Shown: piece by piece, positions 47,522 to 59,736 of the stretch
Layout: every line of letters starts with the position of its first letter
Numbering within the stretch: the first letter of the stretch is position 1
Assembly: GCF_006345805.1 (NCBI RefSeq)
Contig: NC_043002.1
Location: 5,704,001 to 5,768,000 of the forward strand
From: Octopus sinensis
Taxonomy: Eukaryota
DNA: 64,000 nucleotides
Reading direction: 5' to 3'
Notes under the pieces: model-generated
Told to the model about the DNA's origin: nothing
What the model saw: only the letters and a program-made list of their open reading frames with translations
The model's database searches: none
Position numbers and translations under genes: made by a program

Positions 47522-49938
47522 AAATTGTGATCTGCAGCCAACAGTTGAATGTCAGAATGTCAGACAGTGTAAGCTGAATGTAAAATATTACAGGTACTTG
47601 TTTTATTGAAGCAGAATCAACCATGCTGGGTTTGAACATAAAGGTAAGACAAAAATTGTTAAGTCATTTTATTTCAGCTTTTGTATTCCACCATTTCTGC
47701 AATCATGCTGCTTTTACCACAGACAAAAAACTGACAAATCATTTCCATAATCTAGACATGTCTTTTTCCCATCTTTCTCACCTCTCCTCTCTAAACACCA
47801 ATTTTTTGCAATCACATCAACTGAGTTGGCCCAACATTGCCAGATTTGATCATTTCCTCCCATATCTTCCCAGTTTATTTCCACAAAGTCGAAACTTTGT
47901 ACTTCTCCTATTCACTTAGCCCCACGGACTATCAATAACAAGAGAGTTATTCCTCCTGCACACATCATCATCATCGTTTAACGTCCGCTTTCCATGCCAG
48001 CATGGGTTGGACGATTTTGACTGAGGTCTGGCGAACCAGATGGCTGCACCAGGCTCCAATCTTGATCTGGCAGAATTTCTACAGCTGGATGCCCTTCCTA
48101 ACGCCAACCACTCCGAGAATATAGTTGGTGCTTTTTACGTGCCACCAGCACGGGGTGGCATGAATACCTCTAGTGCTAAAGTACATATTTTACTTACTTA
48201 ATTGCAGTCTAATGAATAAGAATCAGGCAACCTAATTAGTAGTAGAGGAGGATGTTCTGAAATTGTGTTTGCTAAAATAAGAATAGGATGGGGAAAGTTC
48301 AGAGAGCTGTTACCTCTGTGGGCAACAAAAGGTCTCTGTAAGTGAAAGGCAGATTGTATGATGCTTGCATATGTATAGTGATGCTACAGATAGTGAGATG
48401 TGGGCTCTGAATGAAGAAGACGTGAAAGAAGATAGCAATGAAACTAATATGCTCCATTGGACATGCAATGTTAGTGTGCATATATGACAAAGAGCAAATA
48501 TATTGGAAGAAAAGTTGTGTTTAAGAGAAAGCAAATGTAGAATGCAAGGGAGAAGACTGCACTGGTTTGCTCATGGAATTGCATTATGGATGAAGACAGC
48601 AGCATTTAGAACTCATGGAAGAGGGGGACCCAGAAAGACATGGGATGAAGTTTTGAAGGCCGATTTCAAGATTTTGAGCTTCACAGAGGAGATAACAAAC
48701 GACTGAAATGATTGACATTTTGCTGTGCTCAAGAAAACCTGCCCCTTGCAGCGAAAATGATATCCTAAAATCACTGTTATGCTTGTACATGCAAAGCCTA
48801 ATTTCCTCCTCCTCTCTGACATGGCAAGCATTCCTCCCCACCATCTATGGTGATACACAGCTGCAGTACAAGAGCAGTATCTCACACATTACATCCAATC
48901 CATTCCAAATGTCCCCGCTCCCCACATACTACTTCCATTCCTCATCATCATTGCTCACGCTATCTCAACCAATCACCTCCTTTCTGTGCCTTCATCTACA
49001 GCTCTTTCTCTTCCTCCTCCCATCTCTGCTATACTATCAACCAAATCCACTTGCATGGCTTATTGAAAGGTTAATGTTTGATAGAAGGACAAGTGCTATG
49101 TGGCTGAAGGAGATAAGAGGAAATTAGTGATCAGCTGCTGGAACAAATTCAAGGAACAAGAAGGTGAGAATGAGAACAGGTGGATGATAGGTCATGGGAG
49201 GGGAATAGATGGTAGATATGGGATGACATCAACTCAGTTGATGTGATTACAAAAAATGTTGGTGTTTAGAGAGGAGAGGTGAGAAAGATGGGGGAAAAGA
49301 CATGTCTAGATTATGGAAATGATTTGTCAGTTTTTTGTCTGTGATAAAAGCAGCATGATTGCAGAAATGGTGGAATACAAAAGCTGAAATAAAATGACTT
49401 AAAAATTTTTGTCTTACCTTTATGTTCAAACCCAGCATGGTTGATTCTGCTTCAATAAAACAAGTACCTGTAATATTTTACATTCAGCTTACACTGTCTG
49501 ACATTCTTTGCATCAACTGTTGGCTGCAGATCACAATTTTATGTTTAAAATGGTTTTAAACATACCTCTTATCAGCTATCATTTTCAATCCCATCCCATA
49601 TCTACCATCATAACCCACCTACAACAGCCCCTTACATATCCCTATATCTCCTTCTCCACAACACTTACACTTTGCACATTATTCTCTTTCTGTTCTATTC
49701 GCCTTCCGGGGCCACTCCTATATCTCCCATCTTACCCTTCAATATACTGGTTTTACCCATGATGATTCTCTAACCCCCTCCCATGATCTATCATCCACCT
49801 GTTCTCATTCTCACCTTCTTGTTCCTTGAATTTGTTCCAGCAGCTGATCACTAATTTCCTCTTATCTCCTTCAGCCATATAGCACTTGTCCTTCTATCAA
49901 ACATTAACCTTTCAACAAGCCATGCAAGTGGATTTGGT
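47522..49938. repeat. Interleaved inverted duplications (A 47522-47828 / A' 49230-49539; B 49040-49198 / B' 49780-49938)
   Basis: Direct reverse-complement comparison shows only a few differences in each pair. Confidence 0.9.
47955..48710. mobile_element. C2 copy (-, 47955-48155) and older RTE ORF2 3' fragment (+, 48230-48710)
   Basis: RIGWGKFRELLPL, GGPRKTWDEVLKAD; tail similarity. Confidence 0.75.
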
Positions 49939-50314
49939 AGACAGAAACTGAAAGAACAGTGAAATGTGTGTGTGTGTGTGCATACACGCACTCATCTTTG
50001 ACCCCCTTCACTACTTAGCAACCAATGTTCGTTTGTTTACATTCCTGTAATCTAGCAGTTTGGCAAAAAAGACTGATAAAACGAGTGTCAGGCTTAGAAG
50101 AAAAAAACATAAGTACCGGCAGTCAATTTGTTCAGCTAAACCCTTCAAGAAGGTGCCCCAACATTGCTGCAGTCTGATGACAAATAAAAGGTAAGTACCA
50201 CAAAGCAATCTACTACCATTATATGAGGCTGCTGAGGATTCACTCGGTGAAAAATTCGGGCGACAACCACACATAGTAGGAAACTTGAGTTTCAACAAAG
50301 CAAATCAGCTGCTT

Positions 50315-50665
50315 TCTAGGCCGTTGCCAGCCTACCCTGGCACCTGTGCTGGTGGCACCTAAAGAGCACCATCTGTACGTGGCCGATGCCAGTGCCGCCT
50401 TCACTGGCTTCCGTGCCAGTGGCACATAAAAAGCACCAACCGTCCGTGGTCATTGCCAGCCTACACTGGCACCTGTGCCAGTGGCACATAAAAAGCACCC
50501 ACTACACTCACAGAGTGGTTGGCGTTAGGAAGGGCATCCAGCTGTAGAAACACTGCCAGATCAAGACGGGAGCCTGGTGCAGCCTCCATGGCTTCCCAGA
50601 CCCCAGTTGAACCGTCCAACCCATGCTAGCATGGAAAACGGACGTTAAACGGTGATGATGATGAT
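50315..50665 (+). mobile_element. Family C copy with four hairpin modules
   Basis: Direct similarity to the 3'UTR at 47140-47517. Confidence 0.85.
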
Positions 50666-50747
50666 ACATTCTACAACCAAAAATTGAGTAGTCTTTTGCG
50701 AAGCTAAGTACACACACATACATTAATATGTAGATATAAGTTCTTAC

Positions 50748-51057
50748 TTTTTTTGACAAGACATGATTCATCTGTCGTCGATTCTGTTGTGCCGTCAGAT
50801 TGCTCTTTTGTTGACTTACTGTCACATGGCTCACTCGCCAGATTCTCTGGAGGAACCACAACTTTCAAACTTGAAGCTGAATCCTCGGTCCCCAGGGAAC
50901 CAGCACGTGAAGATTCTAGTGGAATAACAATCAAATGCCTTTGGCGGCGCTCTGATGCTGTTTTTCTCCAGCTACCGTTTCTCTGTGAAGTGTAAGGGTT
51001 CAATTTATGCTGAGGATTCTTTTTGGCATGTTTCTGTTTAAGAAAGATGTCTTTTGC
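50748..51057 (-). CDS. Host gene internal exon, 310 nt (AKDIFLKQKH...HLIVIPLE...ESCLVKK)
   Basis: TTCCTATATTCCAG acceptor, A|GTAAGA donor, phase 0-1, open frame. Confidence 0.85.
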
Positions 51058-51196
51058 CTGGAATATAGGAACAATTTTCAACAGATTAGAAATTAGGGGA
51101 TAAAACAGTCAAGAGGTCAAGATAACTATATACATTTTCCTTCATGTTACATTTTCAAAGTCAACATGTTATCAAAACAGTGTTAAAGGGTCAAAA

Positions 51197-51377
51197 ATCA
51201 ATAGAAGTGACTTTTTTTGGTGAATTTTCTATCCCAAACCCAATCAATTGAATGCCAGCTAGCTGTATGTGATTGGTCGGAGATTTGGACAGTACTAACG
51301 GGTATGTGCGCACGCAGCTGTATATGCATGCACTAGCACTATGACCCAGTGTTGCCGGGTCATAGTGCTAGTACTAG
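51197..51377 (+). mobile_element. Helitron family 3, 3' part
   Basis: Ends CTAGCACTATGACCC..GGGTCATAGTGCTAG(TACTAG); homologous to 58535-58750 (-). Confidence 0.7.
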
Positions 51378-51439
51378 AATAGTTTAAAAGAAGGAATTTA
51401 GTTAATCCAGTAAAAACGTAACAAACGGTAAATACTTAC

Positions 51440-51586
51440 TTTATCTACCGGATCAACAGTAGCTGTACGTCCCTTACTTTTCAGTGCAGCTTCTCTAAGT
51501 GCTAAAAGGTCATCATCACCATCTTCATTTCCAAAGGAAACTTTACCAGCAATAGACTGATCACAAGCGGGCACATCCTTTGTTCG
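51440..51586 (-). CDS. Host gene internal exon, 147 nt (RTKDVPACDQ...DDDLLALREAALKSKGR...VDK)
   Basis: TAAATCTTTCAG acceptor, A|GTAAGT donor, phase 0-0, open frame. Confidence 0.85.
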
Positions 51587-51679
51587 CTGAAAGATTTATT
51601 AAAAAGAAGAAAAATCAAAAATAGATACTTAAAAAGGAAAGTATATAAACAAATAAATTATTTAGCTCCGCTAAATTTC

Positions 51680-52300
51680 ATCTTTTTCCTTGTTTCAGTC
51701 ATTAGACTGTGGCCATGCTGGGGCACTGCCTTGAAGAATTTTGAGTCAAATGAATCGACCCCCAGTACTTTTTTTTAAAACCTGGCACTTATTCTATTGA
51801 TCTCTTTCGCTGAAACACTAAGTTATGGGAATGTAAACACACCAAAACAGGTTATCAAGCAGTAAGTGGAGGGGAGGTGACAAACACAGACACATGATGA
51901 GTTTCTTTCAGTTTTTGTCTACCAAATCCACTCACAAGGCCGGACATTTTTTAACACAAAAAGTTCCAGTTTTAATTTTTTGATATTCCCTGCATTTGTT
52001 AACAAAAACTTAATGTTTTTCATGTGGAGAATGTCTGAGATGTTTTTTCTTCCGGTGATTCTATTTTTCTTATTTCTTTATTGCCCACAAGGGGCTAAAC
52101 ACAGAGGGGACAAACAAGGACAGACAAAGGGATTAAGTCGATTATATCGACACCAGTGCATAACTGGTACTTATTTAATCGACCCCGAAAGGATGAAAGG
52201 CAAAGTCAACCTCAGCGGAATTTGAACTCAGATCGTAACGGCAGACGAAATACGGCTACGCATTTCGCCCGGGGTGCTAACATTTCTGCCAGCTTGCCGC
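51680..52300 (-). mobile_element. Family B (51680-51950) and family A (52075-52300) SINEs
   Basis: Reverse-complement similarity to the + copies. Confidence 0.8.
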
Positions 52301-52829
52301 CTTCTTAACTATTCTATTTTTCTATGCCAATACTTGTACATTTTTTTACGTATATTTAATGGTTCTTTCATCATTACTTCAGAAAACTCAGTGAAAGCTA
52401 TACTTTGCAAAGAAACTGAGAAAAAGACTATTTTTTTCCCATCACTTTATCATTATTAGTTATTTCTACTTCATACTACTTTCTGCAATAACACTAACTT
52501 AACTACTGTTTATAAAGATCCAAGTTATTTAAACTATTAACCTAATCATTTACATTTGTCTAAACTATGTTTCAAATTAGAATATAAACATCCTCAGACT
52601 GTCTTCAAGTGCAGCATTCAAACAGAAATATAAATATACCTAAATGTATCTCTTGGCTCAGTTTCAACTCAGCTGAAGATGTTTAGCATATTTTAAAATA
52701 TATACATAAAGAAAATGTTCCTCCTTCTAATCCAATGTTTGTGCCTCACACATCAGTAATAATACAGACATTTTGTAATTAAGGAAATACTGTTGTTCAT
52801 GTGAAGTATAAAGGTCATTAAAAAGAAAA

Positions 52830-53186
52830 CGTCCATCCCCTCCTCACCATGGTGGGGACACTGGCAATGGGTAGTGTCAGAGCTATGCCGTCGGGAACTT
52901 TGGTTCGTGGTAGGGCCACCCAAGGCGGATTGATCTGACACTGAGTGGTATTCGGGACACAACCCGGCAGAAGGGGCTCTGGTGAAAATCCTCGGAGTGT
53001 CTGTTTCGGCAACCGGCAGCTCCTCGGTCGTACTGTCCCTGCATGCGGGATTGTTGGGGACTGCTTGTGAAATCCATATTCCCAGGAAAATTCTTCCACC
53101 GCCATGGTTCGAGATGCCTCAAGGGTGGTAGAAGAAGCCGACACAACCCGAACAGGGTGAATATCGCCACAAGTACAAGTAAGTAC
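52830..53186 (+). mobile_element. Short GC-rich element made of an RTE/BovB-like 5'UTR plus a CAAGTA-type tail
   Basis: GAGCTATGCCG...GGTAGGGCCACCCAAGGCGGA resembles the BovB/Bov-A 5' motif (recall); ends ACAAGTACAAGTAAGTA. Confidence 0.5.
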
Positions 53187-53769
53187 CTGTTTAGGCAGAG
53201 TTATGGTCAAAGATACTCTAATACAGACCCTCCCATTCTCCTTGCTAGTGCATCACTTATCTAATGAGATTTCCCTTTCTGAAATGCAATTCTGAGTGCA
53301 ATCTGAGAGATGTTTGGTTCATATTTCAAAGATCAATTAACTACACAGTACCAATAAGGATGAGTTTCTATGTAGTTTCTCAGCTTATCTGAAGCAGCAG
53401 CCAAGTCTCCTTCAAATCACATAGTCTTAAAAAAAAGACAATGGATGATGTAATGCGGGGTCCCCGCACATACAAATACAAAGGGGATGCTGTTATAACT
53501 GAAATGCCTTTACTCATAGCTCTGCTTGATTCAGGCTAAACTGGGGTTAAACAACAACAAATATGTTCTTTCATTGGCTCATAAAAAATATTCTGTTAAA
53601 AAAATGGTTAAGTTCCAATGTAGCCCAAAAGCACACGCACGTGTGTGTGTGTGTGTGTGTAAAACTGAAATATGATACTCAGAAAGAAATGGAATGTATC
53701 CTTTTGTTTTCATGAACTGATGACCAGAAACCAAAAGTACTCTCACATTATAATTCAAATTATTATACA

Positions 53770-54222
53770 AAGTGCCAGCGGTACATAAAAAAGGACACCA
53801 TTCGAGTATGATCGTTACCAGCGTCACCTTACTGGCACTTGTACCCATGCTTGTAGGGTGCCAAGAGCACCATCCGAGCATGAGCGTTGCTAGAGCAGCC
53901 AACTGGCTTCCATAAAGGGTACCATTCAAGCGTGATCGTTACCAACGTCGCTTCACTGGCACTTGTGCTGGTGGCACATGTAAAAAGATTCGAGCGAGGT
54001 CATTGCCAGTACCGCCTGAATGGCCTCTGTGCCGGTGGCACACAAAAAGCACCCACTACACTCTCGGAATGGTTGGCGTTAGGAACGGCATCCAGCTGTA
54101 GAAACTCTGCCAGATCAAGATTGGAGCCTGGTGCAGCCATCTGGTTCGCCAGCCCTCAATCAAAATCGTCCAACCCATGCTAGCATGGAAAGCAGACGTT
54201 AAACGATGATGATGATGATGAT
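53770..54222 (+). mobile_element. Family C2 copy
   Basis: Hairpin modules plus (GAT)n tail. Confidence 0.85.
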
Positions 54223-54688
54223 GAAGCTGATGAAAGGTATCCTTTGCCTTTTATTTAGGAATGGTTTATTTGTTATCTAATATATCCTTGGTTTCAAGGA
54301 GCTTCACTCCAATATGAGAATCTTTCTTTGACAGATTGTGTTGAATATTGTGGCATGAAAACAAAAAACATTGCAATACAAAATTTTTAAAAATTGGAGA
54401 CGGAACCTTCACCAATGTTACTAACAAGCAAATACACGAGTGTCTAAACTGTTGTTCAACCTATAAGAAATGGCATCCAATCTCCCTCAAATCATGCTAT
54501 TCCATCTGAGAAAAGAAATACATGCTAGATAATGTAAACAGGCGTAAAATGTCTCCAAAAATAGACAAATGACTGAAATTATTAACATCAAAGATCTCAA
54601 CTGAGAAGGACCTGGAACTAAAACAGTAGCAATATTTAAAGTCATCAACTAAAGACTAAAACTGAAATTTATATAGGGATATACTTAC

Positions 54689-54742
54689 TGCTTTCACTGT
54701 TGCAAGAGCAGCTTGCCTCAAAGCTTCCAAGTCTTCTAAGTC
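54689..54742 (-). CDS. Most 5' host exon identified, 54 nt (DLEDLEALRQAALATVKA)
   Basis: TTTTTTTCTCTATAG acceptor, A|GTAAGT donor, phase 0-0; the motif parallels DDLLALREAALKS in the next exon. Confidence 0.75.
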
Positions 54743-54984
54743 CTATAGAGAAAAAAACAGAAGAAAAAAATTTTAAATTCATCTTTTGAACACATAAGAT
54801 TAAAATGAAGGAAATATCAAATACTGAATCTTCCAGTTTCCCTTATCAAAATAATTGATCCAGCCAGGGAGAAAGAGAAACAAGCATGTATGGAACTTCT
54901 ACCATTGCCCCTGGATCTGTGAATGGAGCAAGACAAATCCCTGCTCAAACAACACTTAAATATAAAAGTTATACAATTCTGTCT

Positions 54985-55366
54985 TGAGACCTTTGGAAAT
55001 ATGCTGTGCATGAGAAGACCTGGCAGGACAAGTGGGACCATAACCTGTGGCCTTTACCTGGGATGTAGCCAGTCCACTTATGCATACCTTTCCTCCTTGG
55101 GACACAAAACTCTGTTTGTGAAGACCTGTTGAGGCAAGCGAAATCGAAATCGATCAAGAACTCAATGGAAATTGTAGTTGTGATACCAGTGCCGGTGGCA
55201 AGTAAAAAGCACCCACTACATTCACGGAGTGGTTGGTGTTAGGAAGGGCATCCAGCTGTAGAAACACTGCCAGATCAGACTGGAGCCTGGTGCAGCCTCC
55301 TGGCTTCCCAGACCCCAGTTGAACTGTCCAACCCATGCTTGCATGGAAAACGGACATTGAACGATG

Positions 55367-55408
<42 letters not shown>

Positions 55409-55759
55409 ATATATCTATCTATATGTAATATATCTATCTATATATATATATATATATATATATATGTAATATATCTATCTATATATATATATATATATAT
55501 ATATCATCATCATCGTTCAATGTCCGTTTTCCATGCTAGCATGGGTTGGACAGTTCAACTGGGGTCTCGGAAGCCAGGAGGCTGCACCAGGCTCCAGTCT
55601 GATCTGGCAGTGTTTCTACAGCTGGATGCCCTTCCTAACACCAACCACTCCGTGAATGTAGTGGGTGCTTTTTACTTGCCACCAGCACAGGTGCCAGAGG
55701 AGGCTGGCAACGGCCACGATTGGTTGGTGGTTTTTATGTGCCACCGATACGGAAGCCAG

Positions 55760-55760
<1 letters not shown>
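54985..55760. mobile_element. RTE 3' end (+, 54985-55370) and inverted duplicate tail (-, 55503-55760) around (AT)n
   Basis: Both arms share private variants (AACACCAACC, GAATGTAGT, TACTTGCC, CAGTTCAACTGGGG). Confidence 0.85.
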
Positions 55761-55804
<44 letters not shown>

Positions 55805-56502
55805 GACTCGCTGTATTTCAACTCAGCTTTTGCTGTTCAACATTCTTTCATGGAGAAGACACCACCTAGTCAATCAACCAGTCAGAAATAACACCCAAAT
55901 CCCTGTCACACTGTACTCTGTCATCTCAAAAGGGTAAGATTTAGTAGTAGACATATTACTAATGTAATGGGATAGTCAGAGCTGGTGAGATTGTGTTCAA
56001 AGGTTTTCTCAAACAAGGCTGAACCGGAGTTAAATAACAGCAACAACAAATTAACAACTATATAACCAGTAAATACACTATGTAAATCTAGCAAACCAAA
56101 AAAAAAAATTACAAAGTTTCTATCAACCAATAACAGCAAATGTAACACTACTGAAAGATCATGTTTTTAGATCCACTTAATCACATTCCTTTAATTTTCT
56201 CTACACCTTCCATTATAATTCCTAAGACAAAACAAGTTTTTTTTTTTCTTGCTAATTAAGACTTTTCAAGTGCAAATTGCAAGGATTCTTTTACCACAAT
56301 CAGTAATTATTTTTTCAGTAAAATCAGATGGGAAGAGAGCTCCATATCCCTTCTTTTTTTAAGATTATAGAATGTGATTTGAAGGTGATTTGGCTGCTAT
56401 GGGTTGTAAAGGCAATGTTCGCTACATATAAACATTTCTAAAAGAATTTGGTATTTGAGCAGATAATTAATTAATAATCCAGTTCCATTCTCACAGAACT
56501 CA

Positions 56503-56790
56503 TCATCATCATTGTTGTTTAATGTTTGCTTTCCATGCTGGCATGGGTTGGACGGTTTGACTGAGGACTGACAAGCCAGTAGGCTGCACCAGGTTCCAAT
56601 CTGATTTGGCAAGGCTTTCTACAGCAGGATGCCCTTCCTAATATCAATCACTCTAAGACTGTAATGGGTGCCTTTATGTGCCACTGGCATGCAAGCCAGT
56701 CAGGCAGCACTGGCATTGGCCATGCTCGAATGGTGCTTTTTACATGCCACCAGCATGGGTGCCAGTGAGGCAGCACTGGCATTAGCCACA
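56503..56790 (-). mobile_element. Older C2 copy
   Basis: Reverse-complement similarity to 30570-30872. Confidence 0.75.
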
Positions 56791-56849
56791 AGTACAATTT
56801 CACTCGGTCAATATATTTGAATGCAAAGCCCCAGTTATTTCCTGGTTTT

Positions 56850-56905
56850 CCCCCGTTGGGGACCGAAAATTGGGGGTGCAGTTTATACACCGGCAAATAT
56901 GGTAC
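56850..56905 (-). mobile_element. pogo/Tigger-like terminal inverted repeat remnant
   Basis: Minus strand TACCATATTTGCCGGTGTATAAACTGCACC resembles TACCGTATTT..GGxxTATAAGAC ends (recall); no partner end seen. Confidence 0.3.
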
Positions 56906-57584
56906 TTAAAATAGATAGGCTACTCATGGGGCTGTTTAAGTACACCTATGCTTTTGATCATAAGTGCCCTTAATCAGGACTGACCTGGGGCTAAACAGCA
57001 ACAATAACTTGTTGCATTCCCCTAAAGGTTTCGTATATATAAATGAAATGGTTCTCAGTTCTGATTCTGGGCAAAGCATCCTAGGAAACTTTAAGAAAGA
57101 ATTTAGGGTGCATGGTCTGGAGGTAAATCACATGAGTTCATTTATTCACTGATTCAAAGTCTGTATGACAATTCTAGAAATTCAAACAATATTTGTGAAC
57201 GCACAGGAATATAGCAACCTCTTGGGAGCTAATTACATTGAGCACTTAAATCATAAAGAAAGGAAATTCTGAGTGTAACAACTGATTACTAACAGGGTCT
57301 TTTAACTAGCTTGTTAATTACTGCACTACACACAATATGGGTGCAGGCATAGCTGTCTAGTTTGCTATCAAGTGGCTCTGGATTCAATCCCAATATTTGG
57401 CTTGTCAGCATGTATGTCTTCTACCATAACCTCATAACCCAAATACTGTGAAGGAAACCTATAAGAGATACTAGGCATGGTGCAGGGGATGTAAATAAAC
57501 CAACACCAGTAGTCAAGTAGTGGTGAGGGGCACAAACACAAAGACACACACTAAACTTCTTTTTACTTCTGACTACATAAAAGG

Positions 57585-58165
57585 ACACCATTCGAGTGTG
57601 ATCATTACCAGCGTTGTCTTACTGGCACTTGAGCCCATGCTAGTAGGGTGCCAAGAGCACCATCCGAGCATGATCGTTGCCAGAGCAGCCTACTGACTCT
57701 ATGCTGGTGGCATGTAAAAGGGCACCATTCGAGCATAATCGTTACTAACTTCGCCTTACTGGCACCTGTGCCAGTGGCAAGTGTAAAAAGATTCGAGTGA
57801 GGTCATTGCCAGTACTGCCTAACTGGTCCCGTGCCGGTGGCACGTAAAAGGCACTCACTACACTCTTGGAGTGGTTGGCATTAGGAAGGGCATCCAGCTG
57901 TAGAAACTCTGCCAGATCAAGATTGGAGCCTAGTGCAGCCATCTGGTTCGCCAGCCCCCAGTCAAATCGTCCAACCCATGCTAGCACGGAAAGCAAACGT
58001 TAAACAATGATGATAATGATGATGACTACCAAATCCACTCACAAGCTTTTGGTCAACCTGAGGTTATAATAGAAGCCACTCGTCCAAAGTGACACAGAGT
58101 GGGACTGAACTGGAAATCATGCGATTAGTAAGCAAACTTCTTACCACACAGTCATGCCTGCACCT
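57585..58165. mobile_element. C2 copy (+, 57585-58025) nested in a degenerate family B SINE (-)
   Basis: Family B pieces at about 57480-57570 and 58026-58165 flank the C2 copy; GACTAC on both sides. Confidence 0.7.
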
Positions 58166-58534
58166 ATAAACCACCTCATACCACTTGGTACAATAAGCTC
58201 AACTATCTTTTTTACTCTCACAATAAAAAGGTCTGCAGCATTAATCCTGAATATCTTCCAACAAAATTATTGTTTAGCCCCTGGCTAGCCCTTATTCAGC
58301 AAACCTATGATCCAGCTGTGACCATTTCACCTTTCTTCAGACACTGTGTGTATCATGCTACATTATCTAATGCATCTCTTTTTAAGATGAGAGCGATTAG
58401 AGGGATTTTCCGTCAGTTTAATTTTCAAGGTTAATGTGCGTAAAGAGTAATTTTACTGTAGAAATGAGGTGAAGTTGAGGAATTAAATAGTATACAGCCC
58501 TTTAGTACAGAACCAGAGACTGTTATAGCAATGT

Positions 58535-58910
58535 CTAGCACTATGACCTGGCAACGCCGGGTCATAGTGCTAGTGCATGCATATACAGCTGCGTGCGTGT
58601 GCACATACACGCGAGTACTGTCCAAATCTCCGACCAATCACACACAGCTAGCTGGCTTTCAATTGGCATATCAAGTTTCAGGCATTTTGATTGAGTTTTG
58701 GAAAGAAAATTCACAAAAAAGTCACTTCTACTGATATTTTAATGGCTTTGCAGGGTGACTGGGGAAATGTAAAGATGTGCACGACCACCCTTGGATGGTT
58801 TTGAATGACCATAGAAAGTGCGAGCCCTCTAACTGAAAAATTGTGGATTTGTATAAAGGACACGCACGCACACAGACAGACAGACTTTTTGCCGTTTATA
58901 TATAGAGAGA
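58535..58910 (-). mobile_element. Non-autonomous Helitron family 3, complete
   Basis: A|TCTCTCTATATATAAACGGC 5' end, (CTGT)n, terminal hairpin ending CTAG. Confidence 0.75.
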
Positions 58911-59204
58911 TAAGAGATAATAGTAGAGATGCAGCATGTCAGAGTGACATCAATGCTTCTTTGTTAGTAGAAGTATGTCAATCAGCACAGCTAGGCATTT
59001 TGGTCGGTATGCCACTGAAAATGGTTTTTTATGCTAATGCTACTGAAACGGGGAGTGCACTTGTGCCTTATATAGAGTCTATAGTTCAGAAAAACTGCAA
59101 CTTAAGGAGTGTTATAGCTATACGGTTGCATTCCAAGATAATCAGAGACTGTGAGGCAATAGCATTTGTAAAGTTTGTAAGTTCTACTCATGGACTGCAC
59201 GATT

Positions 59205-59421
59205 TAGTCCCTCGGTATTTAAACCTGACATAATATTCTACCTGCTTTACGTTCAAGCTGGCCAGATCCAGCCTCTTGCACCAACCCTACAATGTCATTC
59301 TAACGATATACAACTGCCTCATCAAAATCTCGAAGCTACAAGATAATGCATGGTTAATTCAAAACAAGGTGGATGAATAAGCATTACGTTTGTCACAGTA
59401 ATCTGAATGCCAAAGGATTAA
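59205..59421 (+). mobile_element. piggyBac-like MITE
   Basis: ..AATATTCTACCTGCTTTACGTTCAAGCTGG..GTCATTCTAA..AATCTGAATGCCAAAGGATTAA; homologous to both ends of 28833-29500. Confidence 0.55.
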
Positions 59422-59736
59422 TGCTGATAAGTGGCTCAACTTTCATCAGAAGATCTGTTTGTTTTTTTTATTTACGATCGCAAAAGTCTTGTAAATAATT
59501 TATATTTAGAATCTTAACTGTTTACATTAGTCAGTTACTATTGCCCTATACTGCATGGTATCTTTTACCAAAATACTTCAACAGAAGATACTCTCATACA
59601 GTGGGCTTTCACACAATTTACCAAATGTTATTCCTCAAAGTTGGACTGGAGGCTATGGTAGAATAGCGTATGGGTACAAGAGCAGCTGCAGTATGTAAAA
59701 GAAATTTAAGAAATCCTTTTTTTCTTTTAGTGACCA

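Noticed and set aside
58805-59233. 142 aa ORF
   Set aside because: Runs across a Helitron 5' end and a MITE boundary; no domain or splice support.
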